Assembly: GCF_009834535.1 (NCBI RefSeq)
Contig: NC_045697.1
Coordinates: 44,146,001-44,210,000, forward strand
Length of the DNA stretch: 64,000 nucleotides
Source of the DNA: Camelus ferus
Taxonomy: Eukaryota
Direction: 5' to 3'
Position 1 is the first letter of the stretch; every line of letters begins with the position of its first letter. The position numbers and the translations under genes were made by a program. Below the pieces are notes generated by a model, which had not been told where the DNA came from, searched no databases, and saw only the letters and a list, made by a program, of their open reading frames with translations. This document shows, in pieces, positions 44,886-56,402 of the stretch.

Positions 44886-47074
44886 AATCAAGTTCCAAAA
44901 ACAGAAGAAAAAAAACCCAAAACACCTTACCCAGATATCACCCCCCACCTCCCCTCTAGTATGAATTAACTACTTCTTCCTTTGTGCTTCCCCTTTTCTT
45001 CCTCACACCAGTACTAGAGCTCTTATCACATTTTTGGTAATTATTTGACAGGATAAATATTACTGTCCTATGAGTGAGATGAACCCTCATCCACTTCTGA
45101 GGTCTTCACCAGAACCTGAGAAAATAGACTAGGGTTTTTAGCAAGATGGAGAAAAGAGACAAGCCTGATGCTACTAGGGACAGGCACTATTAGCAAGAGT
45201 ATACCCTGTAGAGGTTTCACTGTGAGGCTAGACCTCAAAGGGCTATTTTCCATTAGCCATCGTTTTGTAAGTAGCATCTTGAAGACCTAAAGAGCACCTC
45301 CTCCCACCTCTAAGACAAAAACATCCCCTTCTCCATCATGAGTCCAACCAGCTGAAATGATTGTCTCCACCCAGTCTGACCTCTTGGCAAGAAGAGAGGA
45401 AGACAGATGTTCATTTTGGATAGATTCAATATAAAGTAACTTATCTAACAGATAAGGTATTCCGGGGCCAAGTAAAGAACTATTTTGCTGCCTCCTCCGG
45501 ACTCTGTATCCTACAAAGAATCAAGTTCCCAGCAAGATTTTTTTTTTTTTTCTTCTGATAACAGATTTGACCTTCCTGCCCTTCCAAGTTCATAGCCAAG
45601 AGGTAACATTTGATTGACCTGTCTTCCCTCCAAATGGGGAGCTCCTTTAGGGCAGGGATCACACCATATTCATTTTTGTATCCCTACGGTCCACCAGTCC
45701 AAGCACATAGCATGTACCTAATAGCCAAACAAATGACTGAATGGCTAGAGTGAGGGTGGGGCAAGTTAATAATTCAGAGAGAGGCTTTTGACAGAGCAAC
45801 TAGTCCACCCTCAGAGAATGGACAGTCTGAATAGAGAGCCATAGGGAGTCTGGTGGTTGTGGGGAGCAGATGGAGCATGAGAAGAAAAAGCAGTTCATTA
45901 TAAAGCCAAAGTTGAGCAGGCTGATGAAATTTCCAGCACCTCAAGTTTCCTGTTCTGTGGTCTCACTGGTCTAATGACAGTACCGACGCTTATCTGGTCG
46001 CCAGGCAAATTTCCTTTCATTCTATAATTTCAGCTCCATCTGAAGCAACACCATAATGTTGGCTCGGTGGCCACCATTCCACAGCCATATACCTCGCTTC
46101 AGTTTTAAATCAGACATTGTTTTATCTGGCTGATTGGACTGGTTCAGGTCTGTTAACAATAAGATGCTCATGTGCAACCCTTTCATGTTGTCAGTTCTTC
46201 ACAATTTTTCCCCCTCTCCTGGAATGCTGGAAAGGATTCCTAACTATAGTTAATCCAAAAATCAGCTTTATTTGTCGACATAATGAGATCCCTTCAAACT
46301 CACATTTATAGAATTCACAGGCTGGAAGGCTGAGTAAAGACTAGTTCCTAGGTAAGGGAATTTGTCCCAAGAGGGCTGAGTTGGGTCACAGCGAGTTAGA
46401 ACTAGGATTCAGAGCCCTGAGCTTCCGTTACTGAGCCCTTTTCCTTCTGCTAACCTTTGCAGGTGCCGCCACAGCTGCTTGGGACGCGGCCAGCTCACCC
46501 TTCTCTGCACTTCTGTGCAATTAGAGCTCCCTCTGGATAGCTCTAAATTATCTGCGTTAGAAGCGTAGGAAAGGGGAGGAATCGTGAGCAGACACGATTT
46601 CTTCTTAGGTTAATTTTCCTTGGAACATTCTGGGTGATTTTTTTCTAAAGCCCCATTCTCAACGGTGCTGACTTTAAGGCCAAGGAAACAGTCCAGAAGC
46701 GCGCTGGTGAGCGGAGTATTTTTGCCCTCAACAGCTTCGCAGCTGATAGGCCGCGCAGTGGGCAGGGCAAGACTAGATACCAACCAGCCCCGAAATCATT
46801 TATTTATCATATAATAGGCGTTAATTGAGCACCCGCTGTGTGTCTGGCTACAGCTGTCTAATTAAGAGTTGAGCGGCTGCCTCTACCCCGCCCCGCAACA
46901 GCCCCAAGGAGTTATAGGAACCAGGAGACACAGGGATTCCTGTGATTCTCTGAGATCTGGCCTTAACCTGTGTTGCGACTCGGGGCAAATACTGTAAATT
47001 CTCCAGCCTGTAGCTTCAGAGAAGAAAAAAGACGTCTTTTCAAAAAGGAAAGATATTTAGGGGAATTGGAGAAA

Positions 47075-47102
47075 CACACACACAGCAGCAGCAGCAGCAG
47101 CA
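47075..47102. repeat. (AC)n followed by (CAG)6 short tandem repeat in the SCD5 promoter
   Basis: cacacacacagcagcagcagcagcagca. Confidence 0.85.
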
Positions 47103-47670
47103 TAAGTGCTGTGAGCCGCTCTGCAGGATCCCTGCCCCAGGCGCCACAACCCACCCACCCCCGGGCGGAGGTTGCCCATCGCCTGCCCAGCGGGCTGACC
47201 CATCTGGCCCCGGGGAGCCTGGGCAGCGGAGGCCAAGGGGGCGCCTTTCTCTTTAAGAGCCCCACGGGCGATCCTGATTGGCTGTAGCTATGCAGGTCTT
47301 TCCTCCCGGCTCCCTCCGATCGCTCCCTCCCCCACAGCTTTCTCGGCTCTTTCCACACCCCTCCCCCAACTCCCCTGCGCCCCTTCCCGCCCCTCGCAGT
47401 CGCCTCCTTTTCCTGGACGCGGAGTTCAGCCCCGGCAGCAGTACAGCAGTATGGTGATAAGCCAGCAACAAATGCTGGGCGCCAAGATTTGCATCCTTAG
47501 GCCACGCTGAACGCCTGAAGAAGAGAGAAAGAAGCAGAAGAAGGCCGGGAAGGCGAGGACGGGAGGTGCGGAGATCCCCCCCTAAAAGGCAGAAGCCGCC
47601 GCCCCCACCGGAGGGCTCCGCGCGGGCAGATCGTTTGCCTGCTGCCGCGGGCGCCTACCTCTCCCCAGCC

Positions 47671-47908
47671 ATGCCAGGTCCGGCCGCCGACGGGGGGAAG
47701 GCCCCCTTCGGCAACGCCAAAGGGGAAATCCGTGCGGGGGTCGGGGTCGAGGACTCGGAGGGCGGCGGCGGCCGGGAGAGGCCCGGCGCGCGCGGGCAGC
47801 GGCAGAACATCGTCTGGAGGAACGTCGTCCTGATGAGCCTGCTCCACTTGGGGGCCGTGTACTCCCTGGTGCTCATCCCCAAAGCCCAGCCGCTCACTCT
47901 GCTCTGGG
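47671..47908 (+). CDS. SCD5: SCD5 (stearoyl-CoA desaturase 5) coding exon 1; intron 1 runs past the window end
   Basis: gccATG; MPGPAADGGKAPFGNAKGEIRAG...RQNIVWRNVVLMSLLHLGAVYSLVLIPKAQPLTLLW; TGGG|gtaagt (phase 1); SEC31A-SCD5 synteny. Confidence 0.96.
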
Positions 47909-48399
47909 GTAAGTCTCGCCGGCGCCCCCCTGCGCCCCGGGCACCGAGGCGAGGCCGCACCTGGGCGCGCGGGGTCGGGATCGCCGCTGGCTTCGGGAGG
48001 TGCTGAGTCCTCTCCTCTCTCCACTCGCCTCCCCGCAAGCGCCCTGGTGCTCCCGCCTGCAGTTGTCTGGCCTTTGGAATGGGCAGGTATTTCTGTCCAG
48101 GTATTTTCAACTTCTGCCTTCCCCGCTGTCTGCCGAAGCAGGCGCCCTTGCTGGCGTCTCGAAGAAGAGCGGGAGGGACCCGGGGTCCTGCGGCGCCACC
48201 GCTGTACGCAGAGGCGCGCGAAGGGAGCTGCTGGGCACCGCCAGAACCCGGATTCCAGGGAGGGGAGACCAGCGGGATGATTGTGTCACCCAGGCGGGTC
48301 CCAGGGACGCTTCTCTCTGCCGCCTTTCAGCTTCTCAGACTCCTCCGTGGGCCACGGACCTTGGGGCCGAGTTAACGACGAGAAAGGGAGTTGAAGGGC

Positions 48400-48472
48400 T
48401 GTGTGTGGGGTGTGTGTGTGTGGTGTGTGCGTGTGTGTGTGTGTGGTGTGTGCGGTGTGCGCGCGTGTGTGT
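48400..48472. repeat. Imperfect (TG)n repeat in SCD5 intron 1
   Basis: Directly visible. Confidence 0.9.
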
Positions 48473-51400
48473 AGAGACCCGGCACAGAATTAGTCTTGAT
48501 TTTCGCGCAAGAAACGGAAGAAACCAGTTTCTTCTGTCCCTGCAAAGCCTCCATCCCTGACCGCTTAGTGATGCCCAGTTGCACTTCTACGGTCCCAGAA
48601 GTTTCTCAGCGAGAAAACCAACCCCACGGCGAGAGCTCTCTGTCCCCAGCACAATGCTTCGACTGTGGCCCTGCAGATCCCTTCCAGGACCTGTCCCCTT
48701 CTGGCCAGTGCGGTCTGTCACAGCACCTGTAGTTCTCCCGACCCCCACTGTCTTTCCTAGCACCCGCAGCCCTGCGGGCAGGGGAGGGAGCCCAGGAGCC
48801 CACCACTCCCACAGCGTCCCCCACCAACCTCCTTGGGCCCCAGATGCTCAGTTCCTGCCCTGCACAACTCCAGTGGCTGACCTTAGAACCACCTCAGAGA
48901 CCCCGTGCCCCAGGAACTAGTTTTGGCGTCATTCGCTATAGTGGCTTTAGCTGGGACAAAAGACCCTGGCTTTGATGTCCTGGGCTGAGAATTTGACGTG
49001 GTAATCCAAGAAGCCCTCTCAGTTTCTCTTTCCGAGCTCACCAAGGAACCGGGGCAAGAGAAACACAACCTGCTTTTATTTCCAGAGGGGAAGAGGAAGG
49101 AAGAAAATAAGACCTCTTTCTGCAAAGCTTTTAATTTGGCATAGTGCCACTCCAAATGCTTAGGTTGATAATGGAGACACTTGGGTTCCAAGCTTTCCCT
49201 TGAAATGGTGCAGTTCCTACTCTTGGAAGCAAACCCATCTAGAAGATGGGTGCCTCTTGGGGAGGGGTGTGTGGCTGAGCAGAGCTGAGGAATGATGAGA
49301 GGGGCAGGGGTCTTTGGGAATCTGTGAAGCCTTTGAAAGCTTTGGGTAACCTCCCTGCTCAGCGCTCCCCGACTCAGTGCTCCTCTCAATTCAGTGTCCT
49401 TTTCACCATCTTATTTGTTATGTGTTGGTTCATCTTCCTGTCTTCCTTCTTCCTTTACCTCCAAATGACTAGACTGTAGGATACACAGCCACTGCCTCAT
49501 GGACACACTCCTCCATTGCCAGCCAAAACCCTTACCCCAGAGCCTCCATGGAGCTCCTCCCTCCTGCCCACCTCCCCTAGGGGCAGGACTGTGCCTTTGG
49601 ACTCCAGGGCCCACCTCCCTCCAGGGCACTGGGGCTTAGCCTTAATACCTGCAGTGTCAGAGGGAACACTTAAAATATTATCTTACACGCCTGGAGTTCC
49701 TCAGGGCCCACAGGCTCTGCCTCTTACAGCCGCCCACCCACTAGCCCTGGCTCCCACCAGGAGTCACAAGGACAAGGCCTCCTCTCCAGGTTTGCCAAGT
49801 CACCTCTGCCCTTTCCAGGCCACTGCCTGTGGTGAAGACAGAATTTCTGTTCTGAAAGACCTTGGCCACAGGACACCATCCTTGGCCCTGCACTTCTCCA
49901 GCTTCCCTGGAGAAGTCAACACACTGCAGGATTCTGGGTTCCCCTTCTGTGGGTGATGTTGCCAAGCCCCATCCTTGTGCCTCTCTGCATAGTCTAATGC
50001 CTTAGCTACCTTTCATCAGTTCCATTCCCTGAATCTTGATTCTCTCCCTACCTGGGCTTCATTGCTTCCACCTCCCACCAAAACAAACAAACAGATGAAC
50101 AATACAAAAACAAAAAGAATAGACAATGGTGGATGCTGTAGTTTCAAGGTCCAAAATTGTGACTTAGAAACATTCCAGATACGTGAGTCTTATCTGATGG
50201 ATATCTTGTGAGAGAAGAAATGAAGGACAGAGACAGCTAAGGTCGGTGTGCTCATGGCTAGGGTATTTAGGGGGACTGTTGACTCAGGGTTATTTTCAGC
50301 GAAAGCCCTGGTACCTTGAGCCACACATTTCCCCCACTGGATGGATGCCCTTTTCACCAACTCCCGCAATGGCTCTGTTGAGCTTTAGGGCTGAGTTCAT
50401 GTACCAGTGGGCTGTTCATCCACTTCAGGACCTGAGTCCTGAAGAGTAGCTTAGTCAGTCCATCCATTGCTTGCCACCCTCTACCCCAGGTGAGGTTGCC
50501 CTGGAAACAGGAGGCATCCATGCAGCACACCCAGCAGAGGATGTGTTAGGTGTGCAGTGTGCAGAGAGTAATTTGTGTGGTGGTAAAATGTCATACATGA
50601 AAAATCCATCAAATTGTTCAGCCCAAACCTCCTCCACTGCCCCACCTCCACCCCACCACCTTTTTATGACTCTCCTTTGGGACAGAACAAGTTGTTGTCC
50701 CTTCTTATCCTTGTCTTCTGAGTAGGCAGGCTGTCAGAACAGAACGTTCGTGGTGCCCACAGGTCCTGAAGGATGAGTTTATGACTTTCAAGGACAGAAC
50801 GCCAACTCCAAATGGAGGAAAAACCTCCATCTGAAGGCTTGAGCTCACGAGAGTGCCTGCTTTCAAGGTTTTTGGCCAAAGGGGCAGTTAGTTCGTGCCC
50901 TGAACCCAAAGACAAATAGCACAGGGGAGTGAGGAGCAACAATCATGGTGTTGAGGTCAAAGTCCTAGGGCTCCTTCCCAATGAGTTTGTCCTGTCTCCA
51001 GGCGTTCTGGCCTTTGGTTTCCAGAAATGTGAGGGACTTTTCTGGTTTCCTTCAAAACGTCATCAGAGTCCCTGAATGTGTGTAGGTGACATCATGGGTT
51101 TTTTCCTCCATAGGATAACTTCAATGACAATACCAGTACTTTGCCCTGCTCCCTTGCATCATGTCCCAGAGCAAACATGCCACTGCTAAGATAGATACAG
51201 GATTCTCTGGTGCCCTTCCGATTGCTGGAACCTGGCCTATGGCAAGGAAGCTGAGAGGTGGCAGGGATTGACAAGGCAGTCTGGCAAGAGAGAGGGTCAG
51301 GAGAGGCTGGCCCACCAGTCAAATTCTGCCCAATTCTGAGAGTTGCCCAAAGATGAGCTGTCTCTCCTTTCAGACATTGGGTAACCTACATCCATCCCTT

Positions 51401-51509
51401 AGATGGTCCTGATGTCTTGGTTGAGTTGTGCTTTTGTTTCTACCAAGTCTCTAATGTTGTTGAGGACCTACAAGAGCACTCGGCTGTGGACTTCTGTGTT
51501 ACCTCCCAG

Positions 51510-51760
51510 TGTTCTATGGAGAGCGCAGCTCAGAAGAGACAGCTCTGAATGTGGATTCCTGCTTTTCTGTGTCCTTACCAGCTGCATGGCCTTGGACAGA
51601 CACCTCCACACCTCAGCTTTCTTACCTGTAAAATAGTGTATAGCAATACTTCTTGCTTGTGAGGTTGTGAGAATTAAATTCGATAACTTGTGTAAATTGC
51701 CCAGCACAGCGCAGGCCCTTACTTGATCGTCAGTGATCATTAGCTGCAGTTATTATTATT
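51510..51760 (+). mobile_element. MIR SINE
   Basis: cctcagctttcttacctgtaaaat ... ggttgtgagaattaaat. Confidence 0.6.
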
Positions 51761-53559
51761 TGTCCTGATACTGGCTTTTTTTCTTTAGCAGAAGGTGAAA
51801 AAGGCCCTCTTACAGCACAATCAGTTCTACAAAGCTGGCACAGGACATGGCTTCGTTGCCTGCCTTGCATGGAAAAGATTGCTTTGGCTTGGGAAACAAA
51901 GGTTCTTTCTCAAAGGCCCCGAAGAGAAATGAACACAGATCTCTCCTGTCCTCCTTCCCTCCCCCGCTCCCTCCCTTTCATCCTCTCTTCCTCCTATTTT
52001 CCTCCCAAAGGCCACTATTTTGTAGACAAGAATCTTTTTGTTCAGCTGACAACTCACCTGGTCTTTACTGGTTTTAGGGGGTTTTTCGGCAGAGCCGGTT
52101 ACAATTGCTGTAAAAACAGGGCCAGATCTTTTCTCTAAATGTTTTAGGTCAAGTTTTGACTTTTTTGCCCACTCATGTCTCCTTGTGTTATCTTTAAAAA
52201 AAATCTTTAATATTTAAACTACTAAAAAAAAACAAACCTGAAAAACATTAAAGAATCTTTCTCTTAAACCCTGTAATTCCTAGCCCATTGTTGCAAGTCT
52301 TGCATTTTTAATAAGCGGGCAAGCACTAAGAGCCTTACCCCAGGCTGGGCGGAGTGCAGTGAGACCCGAGAGGATGGACTGTGCTTTTGCTGGCTTAATA
52401 GTCCCAACCAGTATAAATATAGGTCGAGGTTAACATTATTAACTCGGTTTTCCTAAAGCTGGTCAAGGTCACTGCAGACTGCCCCGTGATCCTGAAATGA
52501 GAAGTGGCGCTGCAGAGTGGGAGCCAGAGCTGGAATCTCAGCGTTGCCACTTCGTTCAGCTTCAGACAGGCCACTTTCCAGCGTGGGAGCCTCAGTGCTG
52601 TGAAATGGGGATGACGACAGTGCGCGGAGAGTTGTTTTAAGACTTGGGGCAAGTGTTAAAGTGGTACCAGAGGGTTAGACGTGCAGTGCTCTCTACTGCG
52701 AGGTCTGAATCAGGAACCCGCACGGCTTCGGTGTCTGTCTGTCTGTCTGGGACTTGGAGCATTTGTGACTCAGAAATAAGGCAGAGCTTTACATCCAAAT
52801 TATCAGCCTGACCATGTGTAACATTCTAGTTCTCACCTTGTCTAGTTTTGTGTATTATATAAACTTAAAATAATTGCTTGGAAAAGCCACTGATAGATTT
52901 ACAAAAGGGTAACACAGCCATGGTGGCTTCTTTAAATGTTTATAAAAGGCATCACCATCTTTGGGTGGCATGATTCTGGTGGAGTGTTTATTGTGACATT
53001 CTGTAGTCTCTGTGTGCAGTCTCCCCATCCCTTTACTGGGACATGTCCTGTTTCTATGGAGGTGGCACCACCCTGGAGTTCAGAGTAGGGGCTTTGGAGT
53101 CAGGGAGTCTGGGTTCAAAGCCTAGCCCCTGTAGGTACAGGCTGGAACAAACCACCTGCCCTCCCCAGCCTGGTCCCCAGCTGCACAGGGAGGAGAACAA
53201 TACAGCCAGCGTCAGGTCGCAGCTGGAGAAAAATGGAGCAACACAGTAAAGACCTGGACCCTTAGTGCTTCCCTTTGCTCCTTCCCTTCCTTTAGCTCCT
53301 CCTTTGCCAGTGGGGACTTGTTCCCGCCTGCCCCTAGTTGTCGGAAATCCCTGGTCATGGGTAAAGGCAGCTGGTTTCTGACTTTATTTCCCCTGGCAGT
53401 GGTGGGTTGGTGGCCACCACAACAGGCACCCGCCCTCCTCCCTTGTAAACGCCGGCCATTTGTTCACTCTGAGCGTGAACTTACAGGAGCGAGACCCTCT
53501 CAGTCGCACATGCAATCACAGATTCATCCACCCACCAATTCATTCATCTTTTCCACTCC

Positions 53560-53740
53560 AACTATTGTCAAAATCCATCAGAATCACTTGGGGATCCTTT
53601 AAAATATTCAGAAGCCTGGGCCCCCACCCGGACCTACTGTATTGGAATCTCTAGGATGAGGCCCTGGCTTTTTTTTTTTTTTTTTTGAAAAAGGTCTTTG
53701 AATGTTTCTGGTGCACAGCTGGGCTGAGAACCATTATTTA
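53560..53740. mobile_element. MER5A-like hAT relic
   Basis: catcagaatcacttggggatcc ... gggcccccacccggacctactg ... ctgggctgagaacca. Confidence 0.6.
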
Positions 53741-55139
53741 ATTCCCTTATTCAATCGTGCTTATTACTCTCCCATTACTTGCCGGCACCCCCACCATCCC
53801 TGACTTCAGGGCACTTAAGGCCAGTTGGAGAGACAGACCGGTGCACAGGTGAGAACTGCCAGGGCAGCAGTAGTTACACAGCCCCAGCCTGGGGGAGTCG
53901 GGGAGGCTCCCCAGAGGAGGAGACTGGACTGAGCCCGGCAGGAAGCCTGATGCTGGTTGGTCAAGAGGTTTGGATGGGATGGCATTGTGGCCACAGGCTA
54001 CAGAGCTCCTGACAGATGAGAGAAGAGACCGAGTGGGACTGTCAAGGACCTGATGGTTCAGCGAGGCTGGAGGTGATCAGCACCCAGATCCAGGGTGAGG
54101 GGGATTCACCAGGACCAGCAGGACTGGGAGGAGATCAGGCTTGCGGAGAGGCTGCCCTTCAGCCTTCACCTGACTCTCGCCTTCTTCTCTCAGCCTATCA
54201 CTCACCAACAGTTCTTGGTGTGCCTTTTCTAGAGCAGGCACTTGCCGGTGGGATGAGTGAGTCTGAAGATTTCAGGAAAGACCCTGGGGCACATACCTTG
54301 GAGCAGGTGTGCAGTGGGGCCAGGCGGATCCCTTGGGCTGGCCAGAGCTGAGGGGGAGCCAGGAATACTGCCTGAGTTGGGCATTGGATTTCACAGACTC
54401 AGGTATTGTCCAGGACTAAATGACTAAAACCCCCGAAGGCTATTACAGTGCAGGCACACCAGACCCAGAGTGCTCTCCTCCGCCAGACATGCTCCTCCGC
54501 TCTCTGCTCTTTCCTGTGTTTCTAAAAGGCATGTGTGTTGGGGGGCAGGGGTTCTCCTCACCTCACGTCCTCCCTTAAACCCAGGTATAAACAGCTGGTT
54601 CTCACCAGCCCTTCTTCCTTGTCCTGCAAAGCCTGGCAGGGTCCCCATGGGCTGCAACCTGCTGACCAACAACAGCAGCACCTGGGAGCTTGTTAGAAGA
54701 TGCTCCCAGACCCCATCCTGGACCTATTTAATCAGCACCTGTATTTTAATAAGGTCTCCAGGTGACCCATCTGCTCGTGGGACCGCACAGGCCGGCGGGG
54801 CAGAGATGCGAGTGGGACTCAGCAGCTCTTCCTTTTCCCTTTCAACGGCCTCCTCCCCTTTGCTCCCCCTCCTTCCCTCCTGCCTCCTTGTAGCTTATTT
54901 TAGAACATGTCGGGATCCTGCTTCTCTTGCCAGCAAAAGGGTGTTGCTAAAATCTTTCAGCCGGCAGTAGCGATGTTTAATTCATAGGCTGAGAAATTAA
55001 TTTTATTTTCATGAGTAGAGCTGGGGGAAAATAACAGGAAGGCTCTGCGCATGACCCTTGGGAATTCAGCTTGCCTGCTAAACAGATGAACTGGTAAAGG
55101 TGAGGAGGCCTCAGGAGAGGGCCACCTTCCACAAGGGAT

Positions 55140-55640
55140 GCTTCTGGCCTCAAGAAGCACAAAACTTGACTTTAAATGGCTTAATGATAAGGAAAATTTC
55201 TAATTCCACTGATCAGTAATCCTGAGGCAGGGCACTTCTGGGATGACTTATTGAGTCATTATCAATTATCAACATTATCAAACAGCAGGTTTCATTTCTG
55301 CCGTGGTGGCCTCGTGGAATTTAGTTTTCCTCATGGTTACAGAATGGCTCCTGGAGCTCCAGGCAGCACATGGAGTTACAGCACTGTCCTACAGAAGACA
55401 GAGGCTGCCTGCTCCTGAAGTCTCATCAGAGAGAAACTCTCCCTGTGTCTCACAGCTGTCTCCTCAAGTCTCACTAGGAGGGTTGTGTCCCGTGTCCCTG
55501 GTTAAACCATTACTGACAGATGATGCAGGCTAATCAGGGTTGGCCGCTGAGCCACATGCCACATAAGGTGGGGGTTAACAGCCAAACAAAACCCAGGCTC
55601 TGGGGGAAGGGAGAAGTGGGCATGGCTGCTGGGACAGCCA
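55140..55640 (-). mobile_element. Degenerate MLT1-type LTR
   Basis: acttgactttaaatggcttaatgataaggaaa, tttcctcatggttacagaatggctcc motifs. Confidence 0.4.
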
Positions 55641-56263
55641 ATGCCTCTGCTCCAAGGCCTGCCTTCACTCCCTCTCATGACCTTCCCTCTTTGGTGTCCC
55701 CTCCATTCCCTGGAGAGGCTCTGGGCTCATATTTTAGAGTGCTCTTCTCCACTGCTCCCTACCCTCTATGCTTGTCTCCAGTCGTGTCTTTACAGTGAGT
55801 TGTAAGTGTCTGCCTTTTCCAGGAGGCTCTGAGCCCTTCCAAGGCATTTCTGCCTCCCCAGGACCTGGCACACAGCCTCTGCTCAACATGCACAGTGTTG
55901 GGGGAATGGATGAAGGAAGAGATAGGTGAATGAGTTTAATCTCTTTGTGGCCTTTCTTTCTAAGGAAAGTTTGCATTTTGTCTCTTAACTTTAAAAATGT
56001 GTTTTCCCCTGTAAGAGAACTTTCCATGTGATTTAGGGGGAGGGACTACGGAGAGAGGAGCCCTTCTCAATGGCCCAGAAATCTGCCTGCCCCTCTGCAC
56101 CCATATCCACCTGAGTCGCCCTGTCCTCAGTGGAGAGCTTGCAGGATTCTCTGTTGCTCTTCTCGGTATTTATGGGGTGAGGCAGGGCAGGGGAAGGTTG
56201 TTCTGGGCTCAGGGAATTGTTAAATTCCCTGTGGGAGAACTGAATTAAAAAGAAAAAGATGGA

Positions 56264-56402
56264 GGGTGGGTGGGTGGTAAAGGACCTGCATAGCTTGCAC
56301 AGGGTCCTGGGTTCAAACCCCAGTATTGCTGTTAAAAAAAAAAAAAAAAAAAAGGAAGAAGAAAAAGAAAATATTTAAAAAACAAGAAAAGAAAAGAAAA
56401 AG
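56264..56402 (+). mobile_element. tRNA-derived SINE with damaged A box and expanded A/GA tail
   Basis: B box gggttcaaacccc; 17-bp TSD aaaaagaaaaagatgga at 56247-56263 and 56403-56419. Confidence 0.8.

Larger units (their letters stand above)
47100..48520. promoter_or_regulatory. CpG island / SCD5 promoter; inverted CCAAT box (ATTGG 47277-47281) and GC boxes
   Basis: Very GC- and CpG-dense segment spanning exon 1; ctgattggct, gggcggag, cttcccgccc motifs. Confidence 0.88.

Noticed and set aside
46963..48920. Many overlapping 100-186 aa ORFs on both strands
   Set aside because: Expected stop-codon scarcity in a CpG island. Only 47671-47908 matches a known protein, and the ORF tail to 48006 is intron read-through past GT at 47909.
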